From the NCBI GenBank assembly GCA_041744215.1, contig JBGTLG010000041.1, positions 1 to 64,000 of the forward strand: a stretch of DNA of 64,000 nucleotides. Reading direction: 5' to 3'. Below the pieces are notes generated by a model. That model had not been told where the DNA came from. It ran no database searches and saw only the letters and a list, made by a program, of their open reading frames with translations. Below are positions 17,487 through 28,050 of the stretch, one piece after another. Source of the DNA: Fimbriimonadales bacterium (GTDB taxonomy: Bacteria; Armatimonadota; Fimbriimonadia; Fimbriimonadales; ATM1). Both the position numbers and the translations under genes were made by a program. The stretch's first letter is position 1. Every line of letters begins with the position of its first letter.

Positions 17487-18565
17487 TGGGTGACCTCGCG
17501 ATACACTTCGAGTGTCCGCTGCGCTGTCTTGGACCACGTGAACTGTGCGGCCCGTTCGAGACCGCGCTGGCGGAGTTCTGCGAGGATACTCGAATCGCCC
17601 AGCAACTCCTCGATCTTGCTCGCCCAGCCTGCGGGGGACATATCATCCATTACGATCGCAGCATCTGCGGCCACCTCACGCAGGGCCCCCCCAGCAGATG
17701 TTAGAACTGGGGTACCAGACGCCATCGCTTCGAGGATCGGAATGCCGAATCCTTCATAGTGGCTGGTGCAGATGTAAAGCTGCGCCATGGAGTACAGGGA
17801 GGGCAGGGTGTCCGTGGGCAGAAAGCCAGTGGCATGGATTCGTTTTTGGTGAGCGCTGGCCCCTGCATCGAATCTCCCTGTCACGACAAGCTTGTGAGGT
17901 ACAGCCGGGCTTAGCATCTGAACTGCAGCATAGGCGAGTTGAAAGTTTTTTCGGGGCCACTGTGTGCTAACGGACAGCAGATAGGGATCGGGAAGATCAA
18001 GGTGCTGCGTCTTTGCCCTCGCGTCCATTTGGGCTATCGGCCGGAAGGCGGGGTCTGCAGCGAGGAGTGTGACCGCCACCTTGGTGGGCGGCACACGAAG
18101 GTGCTTCACGATGTCTGTCTTGCTCGCATTGCTGACGGTAATGACCTTTGCGGCCCTCTTTGCGGACGATGGGAGGGACCTGGACAGGAGGAACCGGTCG
18201 CGAGGCCGGAACCACTCTGGCCCGATAAAGACAGACACATCATGAATTGTGGTGATTCCGTGCTTCGCCAGAGGGCTGAGCGTGTATTGAGTGTGGTACG
18301 CATTCGCCCGGTTCCGGCGTGCGGCCAACGGGGCGGCAACCAGGCTGAACCACCTGGACGAGGCTCCGGAAATCTGGAGCCACTTGAAGTTGGGCGGAAG
18401 GTTCGGAACGTTGGGGAGGGTCGGGGCGTTGGTAAGAAGTAGGAAGTCGAACTCCTGTCCAGCCTCGGTGAGGGCCTTGACGAGGCCGGTCCAGTAGGAG
18501 GCATCTCCTCCTTTTGGCGAGAGCACGAGTGATGCGTCGATGGCGACCGTCTTTCTCATGTTCAT
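17483..18565 (-). CDS. Glycosyltransferase family 4
   Basis: TIHD, PRKN, YEGFGIPILEAMASGTPV. Confidence 0.93.
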   Translation of the reverse strand: MNMRKTVAIDASLVLSPKGGDASYWTGLVKALTEAGQEFDFLLLTNAPTLPNVPNLPPNFKWLQISGASSRWFSLVAAPLAARRNRANAYHTQYTLSPLAKHGITTIHDVSVFIGPEWFRPRDRFLLSRSLPSSAKRAAKVITVSNASKTDIVKHLRVPPTKVAVTLLAADPAFRPIAQMDARAKTQHLDLPDPYLLSVSTQWPRKNFQLAYAAVQMLSPAVPHKLVVTGRFDAGASAHQKRIHATGFLPTDTLPSLYSMAQLYICTSHYEGFGIPILEAMASGTPVLTSAGGALREVAADAAIVMDDMSPAGWASKIEELLGDSSILAELRQRGLERAAQFTWSKTAQRTLEVYREVTQ

Positions 18566-18616
18566 TTGGCGCAGATTCTGCTTCCGAATCTTCCATAATC
18601 TTCAGCGGAGCGATTC

Positions 18617-18943
18617 ATGAGACGAGCAAACGGATTCCTTTTGGGCACGATTCTGGTCATTTTGATCGGCGGCGTGGTGATCATTCAGGCGTTGAACGCG
18701 CCGCAAGACGCACCTGACGGAGAAGACCCGGGTCGAGCGGCGGCGGCTGCCGCGAACCAGGCTGCCCCCGCGACGCCGAGCGAGCCGAGTATGGACGAGT
18801 TAGAGAACTCTGTAACGAGCGGCAAGGGCGAAGCGATGCAAACCCCTCCTTCTAGCCAATCGATCGCTCCTACAGATAAGTTTGGAACGAAACCGGAGGA
18901 GTCGACACTTCCTAATACTCGATGGTGGGAACGCTCCGACTAG
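18617..18943 (+). CDS. Hypothetical membrane-anchored protein
   Basis: GGAG SD; N-terminal TM followed by a low-complexity tail. Confidence 0.7.
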   Translation: MRRANGFLLGTILVILIGGVVIIQALNAPQDAPDGEDPGRAAAAAANQAAPATPSEPSMDELENSVTSGKGEAMQTPPSSQSIAPTDKFGTKPEESTLPNTRWWERSD

Positions 18944-19023
18944 GTTCAACTATCGGGGCCTGGTGAGCCGGGCTGGTATCATGTTGTCGGGGCAACGCCC
19001 CTCGCTGACATGGAGGTTGGCAC

Positions 19024-21168
19024 ATGAGCTCAAGAATGAGGCCTACTCGCACCGCGCGCCGGGCTCAGGCTGAAAAGAGCGAGCATCGAGCTTTTGATAT
19101 TGCCGGGATCGTTCTGATTGCGGCAGGTCTTGTTTCGCTGATATCCCTTTTCGGATCCGACACCGGTTTGTTTGGATTGATCGCAAGCGGGTTGCTGCGA
19201 TCTTCGTTTGGAGCGGGCTCTTGGGTGTTTCCGTTTCTGCTTGCAAGCATCGGATTCGCGGTGATTTTGGGACAGAGGTCATTTAGGGTCACCAGTTCGA
19301 TTACTGGCGCAACGATCCTCTTCGTGACGCTCTTAGGTTTTTTGGCTCGGCCGGACCCAGTTGCGAACGACTACTTTGACACCGTGGCGGTCGCTTCGAC
19401 AGGGGGTTACGTAGGTGCAATGCTGGCATGGACACTGCGATCATTGATCGGCGACGGGCAGCTGATTGGTCTCGGCGCTTTGGCGATGGTTGGGTTGATT
19501 CTAACGGTGAACACCCCCCTCCAGGCGATTGTTCAGTCTCTCCGCGATCGTGCCGAAAGGGTGCGCAAACCGAAGGTGGCCAGATTCTCTCAAAAGCGCG
19601 AAGCGAGGGCGGTCGTGAAACCAAGACGGTCGGAGCCTGAGGACGAGGACTCGGCCCCGGTTATCATCGCGAAGCCGAGAGTTACAAACGATCCCAGCAC
19701 TATCAAACCGAGTGCGGTTACCCAGTCAATACCCAAAGAAGGCTATGCGCTACCGCCGCTCAACGTTTTGCAAGAACCCGATGCGCGCCCGAAGCGCACA
19801 CAGCAAGAGGTTCAAAACAACATTGATATCCTTGAGCAAACGCTGGAAGAGTTCGGCATAGAGGCGAACGTCGTAGAGATCGCCCACGGGCCAACGCTCA
19901 CTCGCTACGAGATTCAACTTGGTCCCGGCATTCGAGTTTCGCGCGTCAAGAACCTTGGCGACAACCTGGCGATGAGTTTATCGGCAAGCCATGTGCGAGT
20001 TGAAGCGCCCATACCTGGAAAGGCGGCGATCGGGGTGGAGGTTCCGAACAGCAAGCGCGCGACAGTTCGGCTGCGCGAGGTTGCTGATACCGACGAGTTC
20101 ATGAAGCACCCAAGCCGCGTGGCGATCTGTTTGGGTCAAGACGTGAGCGGGCAGAACGTGTATGCCGACCTCACCAAGATGCCCCACCTGTTGATTGGTG
20201 GCGCGACCAACAGCGGCAAGTCGATTGGCCTTGCGACGATCATCACTTCATTGTTGATTCGGAACACTCCGAAAGATGTAAAGCTGATGTTGCTCGACCC
20301 GAAGCGTGTTGAGCTGACTCTTTTTGATGAGATTCCACATCTCCTTTGTCCGGTCGTACGCGACATCAAACAGATGCCGGCCGCGCTCCGCATGGCGTGG
20401 CGCGAGATGGACCGGAGATACGATGTCTTCGCGGAAGCGAAGGCTCGAAACATCGAGGCCTATAACCAGCAAGCGACGTATGCCGACAAGCTTCCTTACA
20501 TCGTCGTTGTCATTGACGAACTCGCGGACCTGATGATTCAGTCAAGCGCGGAAGTTGAGACCTCGATTTGTCGATTGGCGCAACTCGCGCGTGCAACTGG
20601 AATCCACCTGATCATCGCGACGCAACGACCGAGCGTCGATGTCATTACCGGAACGATCAAAGCGAACATCAGCAGCCGCATCGCTTTTGCTGTTTCGAGT
20701 GCCGTCGATTCGCGTACCATTCTTGATTGCCAGGGAGCCGAGGACTTGATCGGACAAGGGGATATGCTGTTCCTGCCGATCGACGCGAACAAACCCGTTC
20801 GTATCCAAGGTTGCTACATTTCCGAGAAAGAGATCGCTGACGTTTGTGAGCATTGGCGCAAGCAGGCGCCAGCGGAATACGTGATGGACCCTGCGTCCGC
20901 TGCGGTCGAACGCGAAGAGGCGCGATACGAGAGTGAGGACAGCGACCCGTTTTACGAAGATGCCGTGCGCTGGGTTGCTGAGCGAGGCCAGGCGTCAACA
21001 TCGATGTTGCAGCGCCGGTTTGCAATAGGGTTCCAGCGCGCGTCTCGACTTCTCGACTTGATGGAAGAGCGCGGAATTGTCGCCGCCCGCGACGGACCTC
21101 GGCCACGGGAAGTGCTCATTAGCGTTTCCGAAGCAGAGTCGATGTTCGGAACGGGCGCGATAGACTGA
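19024..21168 (+). CDS. ftsK: DNA translocase FtsK
   Basis: 4TM N-domain, PHLLIGGATNSGKS, DPKRVEL, IDELADLM, ATQRPSVDV, gamma domain STSMLQRRF. Confidence 0.96.
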   Translation: MSSRMRPTRTARRAQAEKSEHRAFDIAGIVLIAAGLVSLISLFGSDTGLFGLIASGLLRSSFGAGSWVFPFLLASIGFAVILGQRSFRVTSSITGATILFVTLLGFLARPDPVANDYFDTVAVASTGGYVGAMLAWTLRSLIGDGQLIGLGALAMVGLILTVNTPLQAIVQSLRDRAERVRKPKVARFSQKREARAVVKPRRSEPEDEDSAPVIIAKPRVTNDPSTIKPSAVTQSIPKEGYALPPLNVLQEPDARPKRTQQEVQNNIDILEQTLEEFGIEANVVEIAHGPTLTRYEIQLGPGIRVSRVKNLGDNLAMSLSASHVRVEAPIPGKAAIGVEVPNSKRATVRLREVADTDEFMKHPSRVAICLGQDVSGQNVYADLTKMPHLLIGGATNSGKSIGLATIITSLLIRNTPKDVKLMLLDPKRVELTLFDEIPHLLCPVVRDIKQMPAALRMAWREMDRRYDVFAEAKARNIEAYNQQATYADKLPYIVVVIDELADLMIQSSAEVETSICRLAQLARATGIHLIIATQRPSVDVITGTIKANISSRIAFAVSSAVDSRTILDCQGAEDLIGQGDMLFLPIDANKPVRIQGCYISEKEIADVCEHWRKQAPAEYVMDPASAAVEREEARYESEDSDPFYEDAVRWVAERGQASTSMLQRRFAIGFQRASRLLDLMEERGIVAARDGPRPREVLISVSEAESMFGTGAID

Positions 21169-21182
21169 CGCGGATTCGCCGG

Positions 21183-22838
21183 TCAGACCTTCTCGAGCAT
21201 TTGCCGTGCGTGTGCTTCTGCGGTTTCGCCAGATCTCCCAGATAACATTCGTGCGATCTCGCGAACTCGGTCGTCCGACGACAATGGTCTTGCACGCGCA
21301 ACCGTCCTTCCCTCCGACTCGCTTTTGTCCACGTGAATCTGACTGACCGCCCGGCACGCGATCTGCGGGAGGTGCGTGATGACGATCACCTGGTAGTTCT
21401 GCGCCAGTTGTTCAAGTTTCTTGCCTACGACGGCCGCTGCTTCGCCACCGAGTCCGGCATCGACTTCGTCGAAGATCAGAGTTGGCACGCCGCCCCGGCC
21501 AGCCATGCCGCATTTGATTGCGAGCATGACGCGACTGAGCTCGCCCCCAGATGCGATTTTGGCGAGAGGCTTTAGCTCCTCGCCTTTGTTCGCCGAGAAC
21601 AAAAACTCCACTTCGTTTGCTCCATCTGGACCCGGATCACTTTCTTCGATTCGCGCTTCGAATCGCGCTCGCTGCATGGCCAAGTCCGTTAGCTCGCTTT
21701 CGACCGTCTCTTGAAACTCCGTCGCTTTCGCTTTTCTCAACTGAGTGAGGCTGTTGCAAATCGCTTTCAACGCACCTTCGGCGACAGAAACTTGCGCTTC
21801 GAGTTTTTCGCGTCCTGCTTCCGCATTCTCAAGATCCTCCTTGCGAGTTTGTGCGTTTGCCAGAAATGCGAGCATTTCGCTTTCGGTGTCGCCATACTTG
21901 CGCCGGAGCCGGGCCAGGAGATCGAGTCGCCCAGCAATCTCCTCCAATCGTTGCGGATTGAACTCGACACGGTCATGTGCGGATCGCAGCCCATCAATCG
22001 TTTCGTCCAACGTGTACAAGGCGGTCTTTGCTGAGTCGAGTATGGGCTGCAACCTTTCGTCGATGGACACGGCGGATTCGAGCGACCGCACCGCGTCTGA
22101 AATCAACTCCTTTGCGGATGGCTCGCCTTCGTAGGTATCGGTCGCTGCCTGCTTGAGCTGTGCGGCAAGCAGTTCTGCGTTTTGCAGCCTCCGCACCTCG
22201 GCTTCCAATTCGTCGCTTTCTCCGACCCGAATCCCGGCTTTCTCCAACTCTTCAACTTGAAAGCGAAGCAAATCCAGTTGCTGATCGCGCTCTCTTTCGC
22301 TACGCAAGAGCTCGTTCAGCCGCGCTCGAATCTCCGCAAGCTCGCCGAATGCTGATGTAGCTTGTGCGCGCAGTGTTGCCGCATCTTCTCCGATCCAGTC
22401 GTCGAGAATCGAGAGGTGATTGTCCTGGTTTAGAAGCGATTGGTGGTCGTGCTGACCATGCAGATCCGCGAGCAACGATCCAATCGCTTTGAGTGCGCTA
22501 GCAGGTGCGAGCTTGCCGTTTACCCGGCATTGGCTTCGTCCTTCTGCCGCGACTTCCCGCTGGACGTAGAGCAACCCATCGTCGCAGGGACAACCCATGT
22601 CCTCAAACTTGGTGCGCAAATCCGCGTCGACTTCGAAGACAGCTTGCACGAGCGCGCGTGATGCGCCCGATCGTACGATTGTCGAATCCGATCGATCTCC
22701 TAAACAGAGCGATATCGAATCAACAATAAGCGACTTACCCGCGCCGGTTTCGCCAGTGATCGAAGTAAGTCCGGGGCCGAATTGAACGGACTCCTTGTCA
22801 ATAATCGCGACGTTTTCGGCGGTGATTTCAATCAGCAT
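21183..22838 (-). CDS. recN: DNA repair protein RecN
   Basis: ITGETGAGKS, HGQHDHQ, ASGGELSRVMLA, FDEVDAG, ITHLPQIA. Confidence 0.97.
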   Translation of the reverse strand: MLIEITAENVAIIDKESVQFGPGLTSITGETGAGKSLIVDSISLCLGDRSDSTIVRSGASRALVQAVFEVDADLRTKFEDMGCPCDDGLLYVQREVAAEGRSQCRVNGKLAPASALKAIGSLLADLHGQHDHQSLLNQDNHLSILDDWIGEDAATLRAQATSAFGELAEIRARLNELLRSERERDQQLDLLRFQVEELEKAGIRVGESDELEAEVRRLQNAELLAAQLKQAATDTYEGEPSAKELISDAVRSLESAVSIDERLQPILDSAKTALYTLDETIDGLRSAHDRVEFNPQRLEEIAGRLDLLARLRRKYGDTESEMLAFLANAQTRKEDLENAEAGREKLEAQVSVAEGALKAICNSLTQLRKAKATEFQETVESELTDLAMQRARFEARIEESDPGPDGANEVEFLFSANKGEELKPLAKIASGGELSRVMLAIKCGMAGRGGVPTLIFDEVDAGLGGEAAAVVGKKLEQLAQNYQVIVITHLPQIACRAVSQIHVDKSESEGRTVARARPLSSDDRVREIARMLSGRSGETAEAHARQMLEKV

Positions 22839-22859
22839 CGACGTAGGTTGGGACGATGA

Positions 22860-23672
22860 TCAGCCTACATGCGCTTCGCCAACGATGGGTGGCATCGTGC
22901 CAGCACCAATGAAGCCATGCTTCCGGCACAGCACCGCGTAATGGGCAAGGCCTGCCCAGTGACGATCGGTTAGCTCATAGTCGATAACCTCGACCAGATA
23001 CCGCAACGCTCTCGAGTAAGTGATGTCGAGTCTTTCCGATTCTGCTCTCGCGACGTCTTCGATATGCTCGGAGCCGAATCGCTTAGCGCGCTTCAAGAGG
23101 GCGATCAGTTCGGGAGTCACCCGCTCTACTCTCCCGATCCAGAGTGCCCAGACGAACGGCAGGCCGGTCATCTCATTCCAAACCGCGCCGAGATCGAGGA
23201 CGTGCAAACCTTCCGCTTCGGCAGACAGTCCTGAATCGCCTATCAAGACTGCCGCATCTCTTTCCTTGAGCATCGCGTGCAGGTCGGGTGAGAACGGAGA
23301 CGCATTGGGTGCGGTGCCGTACCTTTCTCGGATCAAAATCTGAACAAGCGCATTCGACGTCATCGAGCTTTCGTCGAGCGCGAGCGATTCGATTTGGTCG
23401 AACGGCTTTCTTGAGAAGAGCCGTACGCTCTCTACGTAACCTTGTGAGCTGATTCCTGACGCCGGCGCGGCCGCAAACTCCGGCCGCTCAAGGGCAAAGA
23501 AACTGCTGGCGAGCGCGACATCCAGATCGCCTTTATCTATCATCTCGGCCAGCTTTGAGGGTGGAGCAAGCACAAGGTCGGCGGTTTCCGCTCCTTCTGG
23601 GGTGTCGAAGTACGCGATGAGCGGCCTCGCGTTGAGGTAGGGGACGCAGCCTATGACCGGTTTCGAGCTCAC
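22860..23672 (-). CDS. mqnA: Chorismate dehydratase MqnA (futalosine menaquinone pathway)
   Basis: VPYLNARPL, SMTSNAL, LIGD, DLGAVWNEMTGLPFVWALW. Confidence 0.9.
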   Translation of the reverse strand: MSSKPVIGCVPYLNARPLIAYFDTPEGAETADLVLAPPSKLAEMIDKGDLDVALASSFFALERPEFAAAPASGISSQGYVESVRLFSRKPFDQIESLALDESSMTSNALVQILIRERYGTAPNASPFSPDLHAMLKERDAAVLIGDSGLSAEAEGLHVLDLGAVWNEMTGLPFVWALWIGRVERVTPELIALLKRAKRFGSEHIEDVARAESERLDITYSRALRYLVEVIDYELTDRHWAGLAHYAVLCRKHGFIGAGTMPPIVGEAHVG

Positions 23673-23681
23673 GCCTCCATT

Positions 23682-25175
23682 CTACGCCAGACCCATAGGT
23701 GGAAGGATAAGCCGCAGGCAGAGCATGGTGACCCCGAAGCCCACGACGTCGAAGATCAGGCCCGCGCGGAGCATCACACCTGGCGGGATCAGCCCGCTGC
23801 TGTAAACGATGGCGTTGGGCGGAGTGCTGATGGGAAGCATGAAGCCCAGGTTTGACCCGATCGTGGCGCCGAGTGCCGGCGCGATTGGATTTACCCCTGC
23901 GCCGAGAGCGATCGCGATTGAGATCGGCACCATCGTAGTCGCGGATGCGGTGTTGCTTGCAAGCTCGCTTAAGATGATCGCCATCGCGGTCGTAATGGCT
24001 GTGATCATCCACACATCGTTCGCGCCAGTGGTAGTTGCAACCCAGTCGCCAACGGACTGCGCCAGTCCGGAGTCGAATGTTGCTTTGCCGAGCGCGAGCC
24101 CTCCGGCAAAGAGAAGGATCGTGCCCCATTCGATCCGTTTTGCGCTGGCCCAGGTCATGGCGCGTCCGGAAGGAACTCCTCGACAAGGAAGTATGAACAG
24201 GAGCAGCGCGCCCGCGAGGGCCGCAACCGCTTCTGGCGCGCGTGACTTGAACTCCTGAGCGAGTTCTGTTGTGGGTCCTGCCGAGTACTCGACAATGCCG
24301 GGCAGCAGCCAGAGTGCTAGCGCAGTGAAGAAGGCGATCATCGTGTTGCGCTGTGCATCAGTAAGTGGTCCCATCGAAGAGAGTTCGCGCTGTGCTATCT
24401 CTTGTGCAGCAGCGGTTGAAGGCGGCTCGACATTGCGCCACGATCGCAAGTGAACCCATGCGAACAGCAGCATTAGGACTGTGATGGGCATGGCGAACAT
24501 CGCCCAATCAAGAAAAGTTATGGTCGTGCCGGTCGCCTCTCGAATCAGGCCAACGCCGATAACGTTGGGAGGTGTTCCAATAATCGTGCCCACTGCGATG
24601 CTCGATCCCCATGTGAGCATCAGCAGGTACGAAGTAGACACCGGGTGACCACGCTTTTGGACACCGATTGCTCGCAAGATGGTCACACCAATTGGGAGGA
24701 GCATGGCTGTCGTCGCGGTGTTGCTGACGAAGAGACTGATGACACACGCAATCACACCGAGAGACAAGAGCGTTGATGACGCAGACTTTGTCGCCCACTT
24801 TCTGCTAAGAAGAAGGAAGCTAAGTCTTCGATCTAATCCGCTCTCTTCCATGCTCTTTGCTATGATAAAGCTCCCAATAAACAGCAGCACGATTTGGTCG
24901 CCATATGCTCCAAACGCTTCTTTGTGCGGCAGGCCACCGAGCGCTACCAGTGCAACGGTGCTGAGAAGAGCGGTCGCGGCAAGAGGCAACGCTTCTGTCA
25001 TCCAAAGAGTCACCGCTGCGGCAAACACCGCTGCGACAACGCGTTGCTGGTGCTCCGCGTTCCTCATAAGGAAAAAGACGGCCAAGAAGACGGCGCCCGC
25101 CAGCACTAGTCGCCAGTGGGAAGTGCGAGTGTTTGCTCCTTCTTCCTCGATGAGTGAGTCGTAGTTGGCTGGCAC
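23682..25175 (-). CDS. DASS/SLC13 sodium-coupled anion symporter
   Basis: SNTATTAML, GTPPN, SNTASA, FMLPISTPPNAIVY. Confidence 0.93.
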   Translation of the reverse strand: MPANYDSLIEEEGANTRTSHWRLVLAGAVFLAVFFLMRNAEHQQRVVAAVFAAAVTLWMTEALPLAATALLSTVALVALGGLPHKEAFGAYGDQIVLLFIGSFIIAKSMEESGLDRRLSFLLLSRKWATKSASSTLLSLGVIACVISLFVSNTATTAMLLPIGVTILRAIGVQKRGHPVSTSYLLMLTWGSSIAVGTIIGTPPNVIGVGLIREATGTTITFLDWAMFAMPITVLMLLFAWVHLRSWRNVEPPSTAAAQEIAQRELSSMGPLTDAQRNTMIAFFTALALWLLPGIVEYSAGPTTELAQEFKSRAPEAVAALAGALLLFILPCRGVPSGRAMTWASAKRIEWGTILLFAGGLALGKATFDSGLAQSVGDWVATTTGANDVWMITAITTAMAIILSELASNTASATTMVPISIAIALGAGVNPIAPALGATIGSNLGFMLPISTPPNAIVYSSGLIPPGVMLRAGLIFDVVGFGVTMLCLRLILPPMGLA

Positions 25176-25228
25176 CCTTTTTTATTCTACGATAACACGA
25201 AGACTTCCTGCATCCCTCGACCTCTAGG

Positions 25229-26620
25229 TTACGTGTTCAACAGCTCTCGCGGATCTGCGATACGCCCTTTTATCGCCGTTGCTGCCGCAGTGATCGGCGA
25301 GACTAAGTGAGTTCTCGAGCCCGGGCCCTGTCTCCCTTCGTAAGGTCTGTTGCTCGTACTCGCACACCTCATGTTCGGCTGGACGATATCTCCATTCATT
25401 CCAAGGCACATGCTGCAGCCTGCGTGATGCCACTCAAACCCTGCATCTCGAAAGACGGAGTCCAAGCCCTCTTCCTCCGCCGCCAGCTTGACCGCCTCGC
25501 TTCCTGGGACAACCATCGCGCGCACGCCGGAAGCAACCTTTCGGCCTCGCACAATTTGCGCAGCCTCTCGGAGGTCGTCAATACGGCTGTTAGTACACGA
25601 GCCTATGAAGACGTTATTGACCGCAAGATCCTGGACTGGAGTTCCCGCCTTGACCCCCATGTACTTAAGCGCTCGCTCTTCCGTAGCGTCTTTCGGTTCT
25701 GGTATTGCTTCATCAATGTCCACAGTCATCGCAGGAGTCGTGCCCCAACTTACTTGCGGCACCAGCGAGTCGCAATCGAGCTTGACGACGCGATCAAACG
25801 TAGCGTTGGTGTCCGTTACCAGTTTCCGCCAGTTATCGATAAGCGCTTCTAACTCGGCACCTTTTGGAGCGAACGGGCGATCTTCTGCAGCAATGTAATC
25901 AAACGTCTCATCGTCGGGCGCGATCATGCCTGCTTTCGCACCCATCTCGATACTCATGTTACAAATCGTCATTCGACCGCTCATTGGCAGAGCGCGTATA
26001 GCTTCGCCTCGATACTCGGCGACATGACCGGCCGCGCCTCCAGCCCCGATCTTTCGAATAATCGCAAGAATAACGTCTTTTGCCGTCACACCAAACCCCA
26101 GGCTTCCCTCTGCTTCAATGCTCAGCGCTTTGGGTTTGGCATTCACGCGCAGTGTCTGTGTTGCCAAGACGTGTTCGACTTCTGTTGTACCGATGCCAAA
26201 CGCGAGCGCGCCGAATGCACCGTGTGTACTTGTGTGGCTATCACCGCAGACAATCGTCAGACCGGGAAGCGTAATGCCGAGTTGCGGGCCGATGATGTGA
26301 ACGATGCCCTGCTTTTCACTCATGTACCCCCACAGCGGAACCCCGAACTCTTTCGCGTTGCGGCTAAGAGCTGCGATTTGCTTGCCGCTAAGAGTCTCCT
26401 CACTAATCGGACGCCCATCCGTCGGGACATTGTGGTCGACTGTCGCGAATGTCAGGTCTGGACGGCGAACGCTTCGGCTGTGTTCTCGCAAGCCATCGAA
26501 CGCCTGAGGGCTCGTCACCTCGTGGACGAGGTGCCGGTCAATATACAGCAGCGCCCCACCTCCAGGCAATTCAGCAACAATGTGCGAGTCCCAGACTTTG
26601 TCAAAGAGGGTTTGTGGCAT
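25229..26620 (-). CDS. leuC: 3-isopropylmalate dehydratase large subunit
   Basis: [42 protein letters not shown]. Confidence 0.96.
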   Translation of the reverse strand: MPQTLFDKVWDSHIVAELPGGGALLYIDRHLVHEVTSPQAFDGLREHSRSVRRPDLTFATVDHNVPTDGRPISEETLSGKQIAALSRNAKEFGVPLWGYMSEKQGIVHIIGPQLGITLPGLTIVCGDSHTSTHGAFGALAFGIGTTEVEHVLATQTLRVNAKPKALSIEAEGSLGFGVTAKDVILAIIRKIGAGGAAGHVAEYRGEAIRALPMSGRMTICNMSIEMGAKAGMIAPDDETFDYIAAEDRPFAPKGAELEALIDNWRKLVTDTNATFDRVVKLDCDSLVPQVSWGTTPAMTVDIDEAIPEPKDATEERALKYMGVKAGTPVQDLAVNNVFIGSCTNSRIDDLREAAQIVRGRKVASGVRAMVVPGSEAVKLAAEEEGLDSVFRDAGFEWHHAGCSMCLGMNGDIVQPNMRCASTSNRPYEGRQGPGSRTHLVSPITAAATAIKGRIADPRELLNT

Positions 26621-26625
26621 CAGTC

Positions 26626-28050
26626 CTAGTTTACTTCGATAAAGTCCGCGAACTGCCCGGCATTGAGCGAACCGGCATTCCATCCGTCCATCTCTGCGGC
26701 TGCCTGCGTATAGCATCGGATCGCTTCCGCGCGAGAGATGTTCTCGGATGGATCGAAGCCTTCTGGTCGATCGGTCGCCGACACGACACCCTTCCAAGGA
26801 TCGCCGCTCACGATGGGTCGATCGCTGCTGAGGGCAACTCGGACACCGACGTCAAGCAACGAACGCAAGCGCTTAAGTTTCGCTGCTCTATCTGCACCCA
26901 ACCGGCGGCGGTACACGCTTCCAAACTCCAGCAGGAACTCAGGCTGCATTGTGACCGCAACGTCGAGTTTGTGAATGCGCTGGATCTGATTATCTGACAG
27001 CATCATTGCGTGTTCGAGACGGTGGATCGACGGCTTGCCAGTTTTTTCGAATGCGTCTAGGACTAAGTCTATCGCTCGGTCACCGATTGCGTGCACCGAT
27101 ACTCGAAACCCTGCATCCGAAGCAATCTTTACCCGTCGAATCAGATCATCCGGCTCGTAGATTAGCATCCCGTCGCCGCCGGTGGCGTACTCTCCATAAA
27201 TCGCCGCGGTGCCCGAACCGAGCGCACCGTCTGCGAACAGCTTAATCCCCGAAACACGCAACGAGTCCGATTCAGGAAATTCAAAAACTTTTTGGGTGCC
27301 ATCTTCGGCAAACACTCTCGACCACAAAACGTAGAGCCCAACACGCACGTCGACGTTTGCATTTTGGTAGGCCCACAACTCGTCGGCAAGATTGTATTGC
27401 CCGGTACTCATGTCGCAAGTTGTTGTGATTCCGTAATCTCGGAGGCTTGCTGCGGCGAGTCGAATCGCAGAGACCATTTGATCCCGTGTCGGCTTCGGTG
27501 ACGCGCCATAAACCAAACCCATCGCGTTCTCTTCGAGCAGTCCAGTCGGCTCACCGCATTCGTCCCTAACGATCCGTCCGCCCGGCGGATCTTGTTGATC
27601 ACGCGTTATGCCTGCGAGTCGTAAGGCTGTCTCGCTTGCGACGCACGAGTGTCCGCTCACTTGTCTTAGGATTGCTGGCGCACCTCCAGACCAAGTGTCC
27701 AGTTCTGCAGCGGTCACATCTTTGCTATCCGAGAATCGGTTCGCATCGTAGTGGACGGCTAGCAGCCATTCTCCGTTGTTAAGTGCACCACTCCTCTCAC
27801 GCACGAGGTCGGCGACATCGCTTCGGCTGGCGCAATCGTGGAGATTCAGCGCGCTCAGATCGAGGCCAGTGTTGAGAAGATGCATATGGCAGTCGAAGAT
27901 GCCTGGCATGATCGTTTTGCCACTGAGATCGACGCTGTGTTCCGCCGGCTGTGCGGCGCCCCCGCGATATCGAACGATTCCGTTTTCAACCAACAGGTTA
28001 ATGGGCTCTTTGCTTTCCCACCAAAGCGCATTCGTGTACAGCGTTCTCAC
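26626..28050 (-). CDS. Amidohydrolase (YtcJ-like, Amidohydro_3)
   Basis: [35 protein letters not shown]. Confidence 0.9.
   Translation of the reverse strand: MRTLYTNALWWESKEPINLLVENGIVRYRGGAAQPAEHSVDLSGKTIMPGIFDCHMHLLNTGLDLSALNLHDCASRSDVADLVRERSGALNNGEWLLAVHYDANRFSDSKDVTAAELDTWSGGAPAILRQVSGHSCVASETALRLAGITRDQQDPPGGRIVRDECGEPTGLLEENAMGLVYGASPKPTRDQMVSAIRLAAASLRDYGITTTCDMSTGQYNLADELWAYQNANVDVRVGLYVLWSRVFAEDGTQKVFEFPESDSLRVSGIKLFADGALGSGTAAIYGEYATGGDGMLIYEPDDLIRRVKIASDAGFRVSVHAIGDRAIDLVLDAFEKTGKPSIHRLEHAMMLSDNQIQRIHKLDVAVTMQPEFLLEFGSVYRRRLGADRAAKLKRLRSLLDVGVRVALSSDRPIVSGDPWKGVVSATDRPEGFDPSENISRAEAIRCYTQAAAEMDGWNAGSLNAGQFADFIEVN

Noticed and set aside
25229-26620. leuC without adjacent leuD
   Set aside because: Split leu genes are common and the ORF is intact, so it is not informative here
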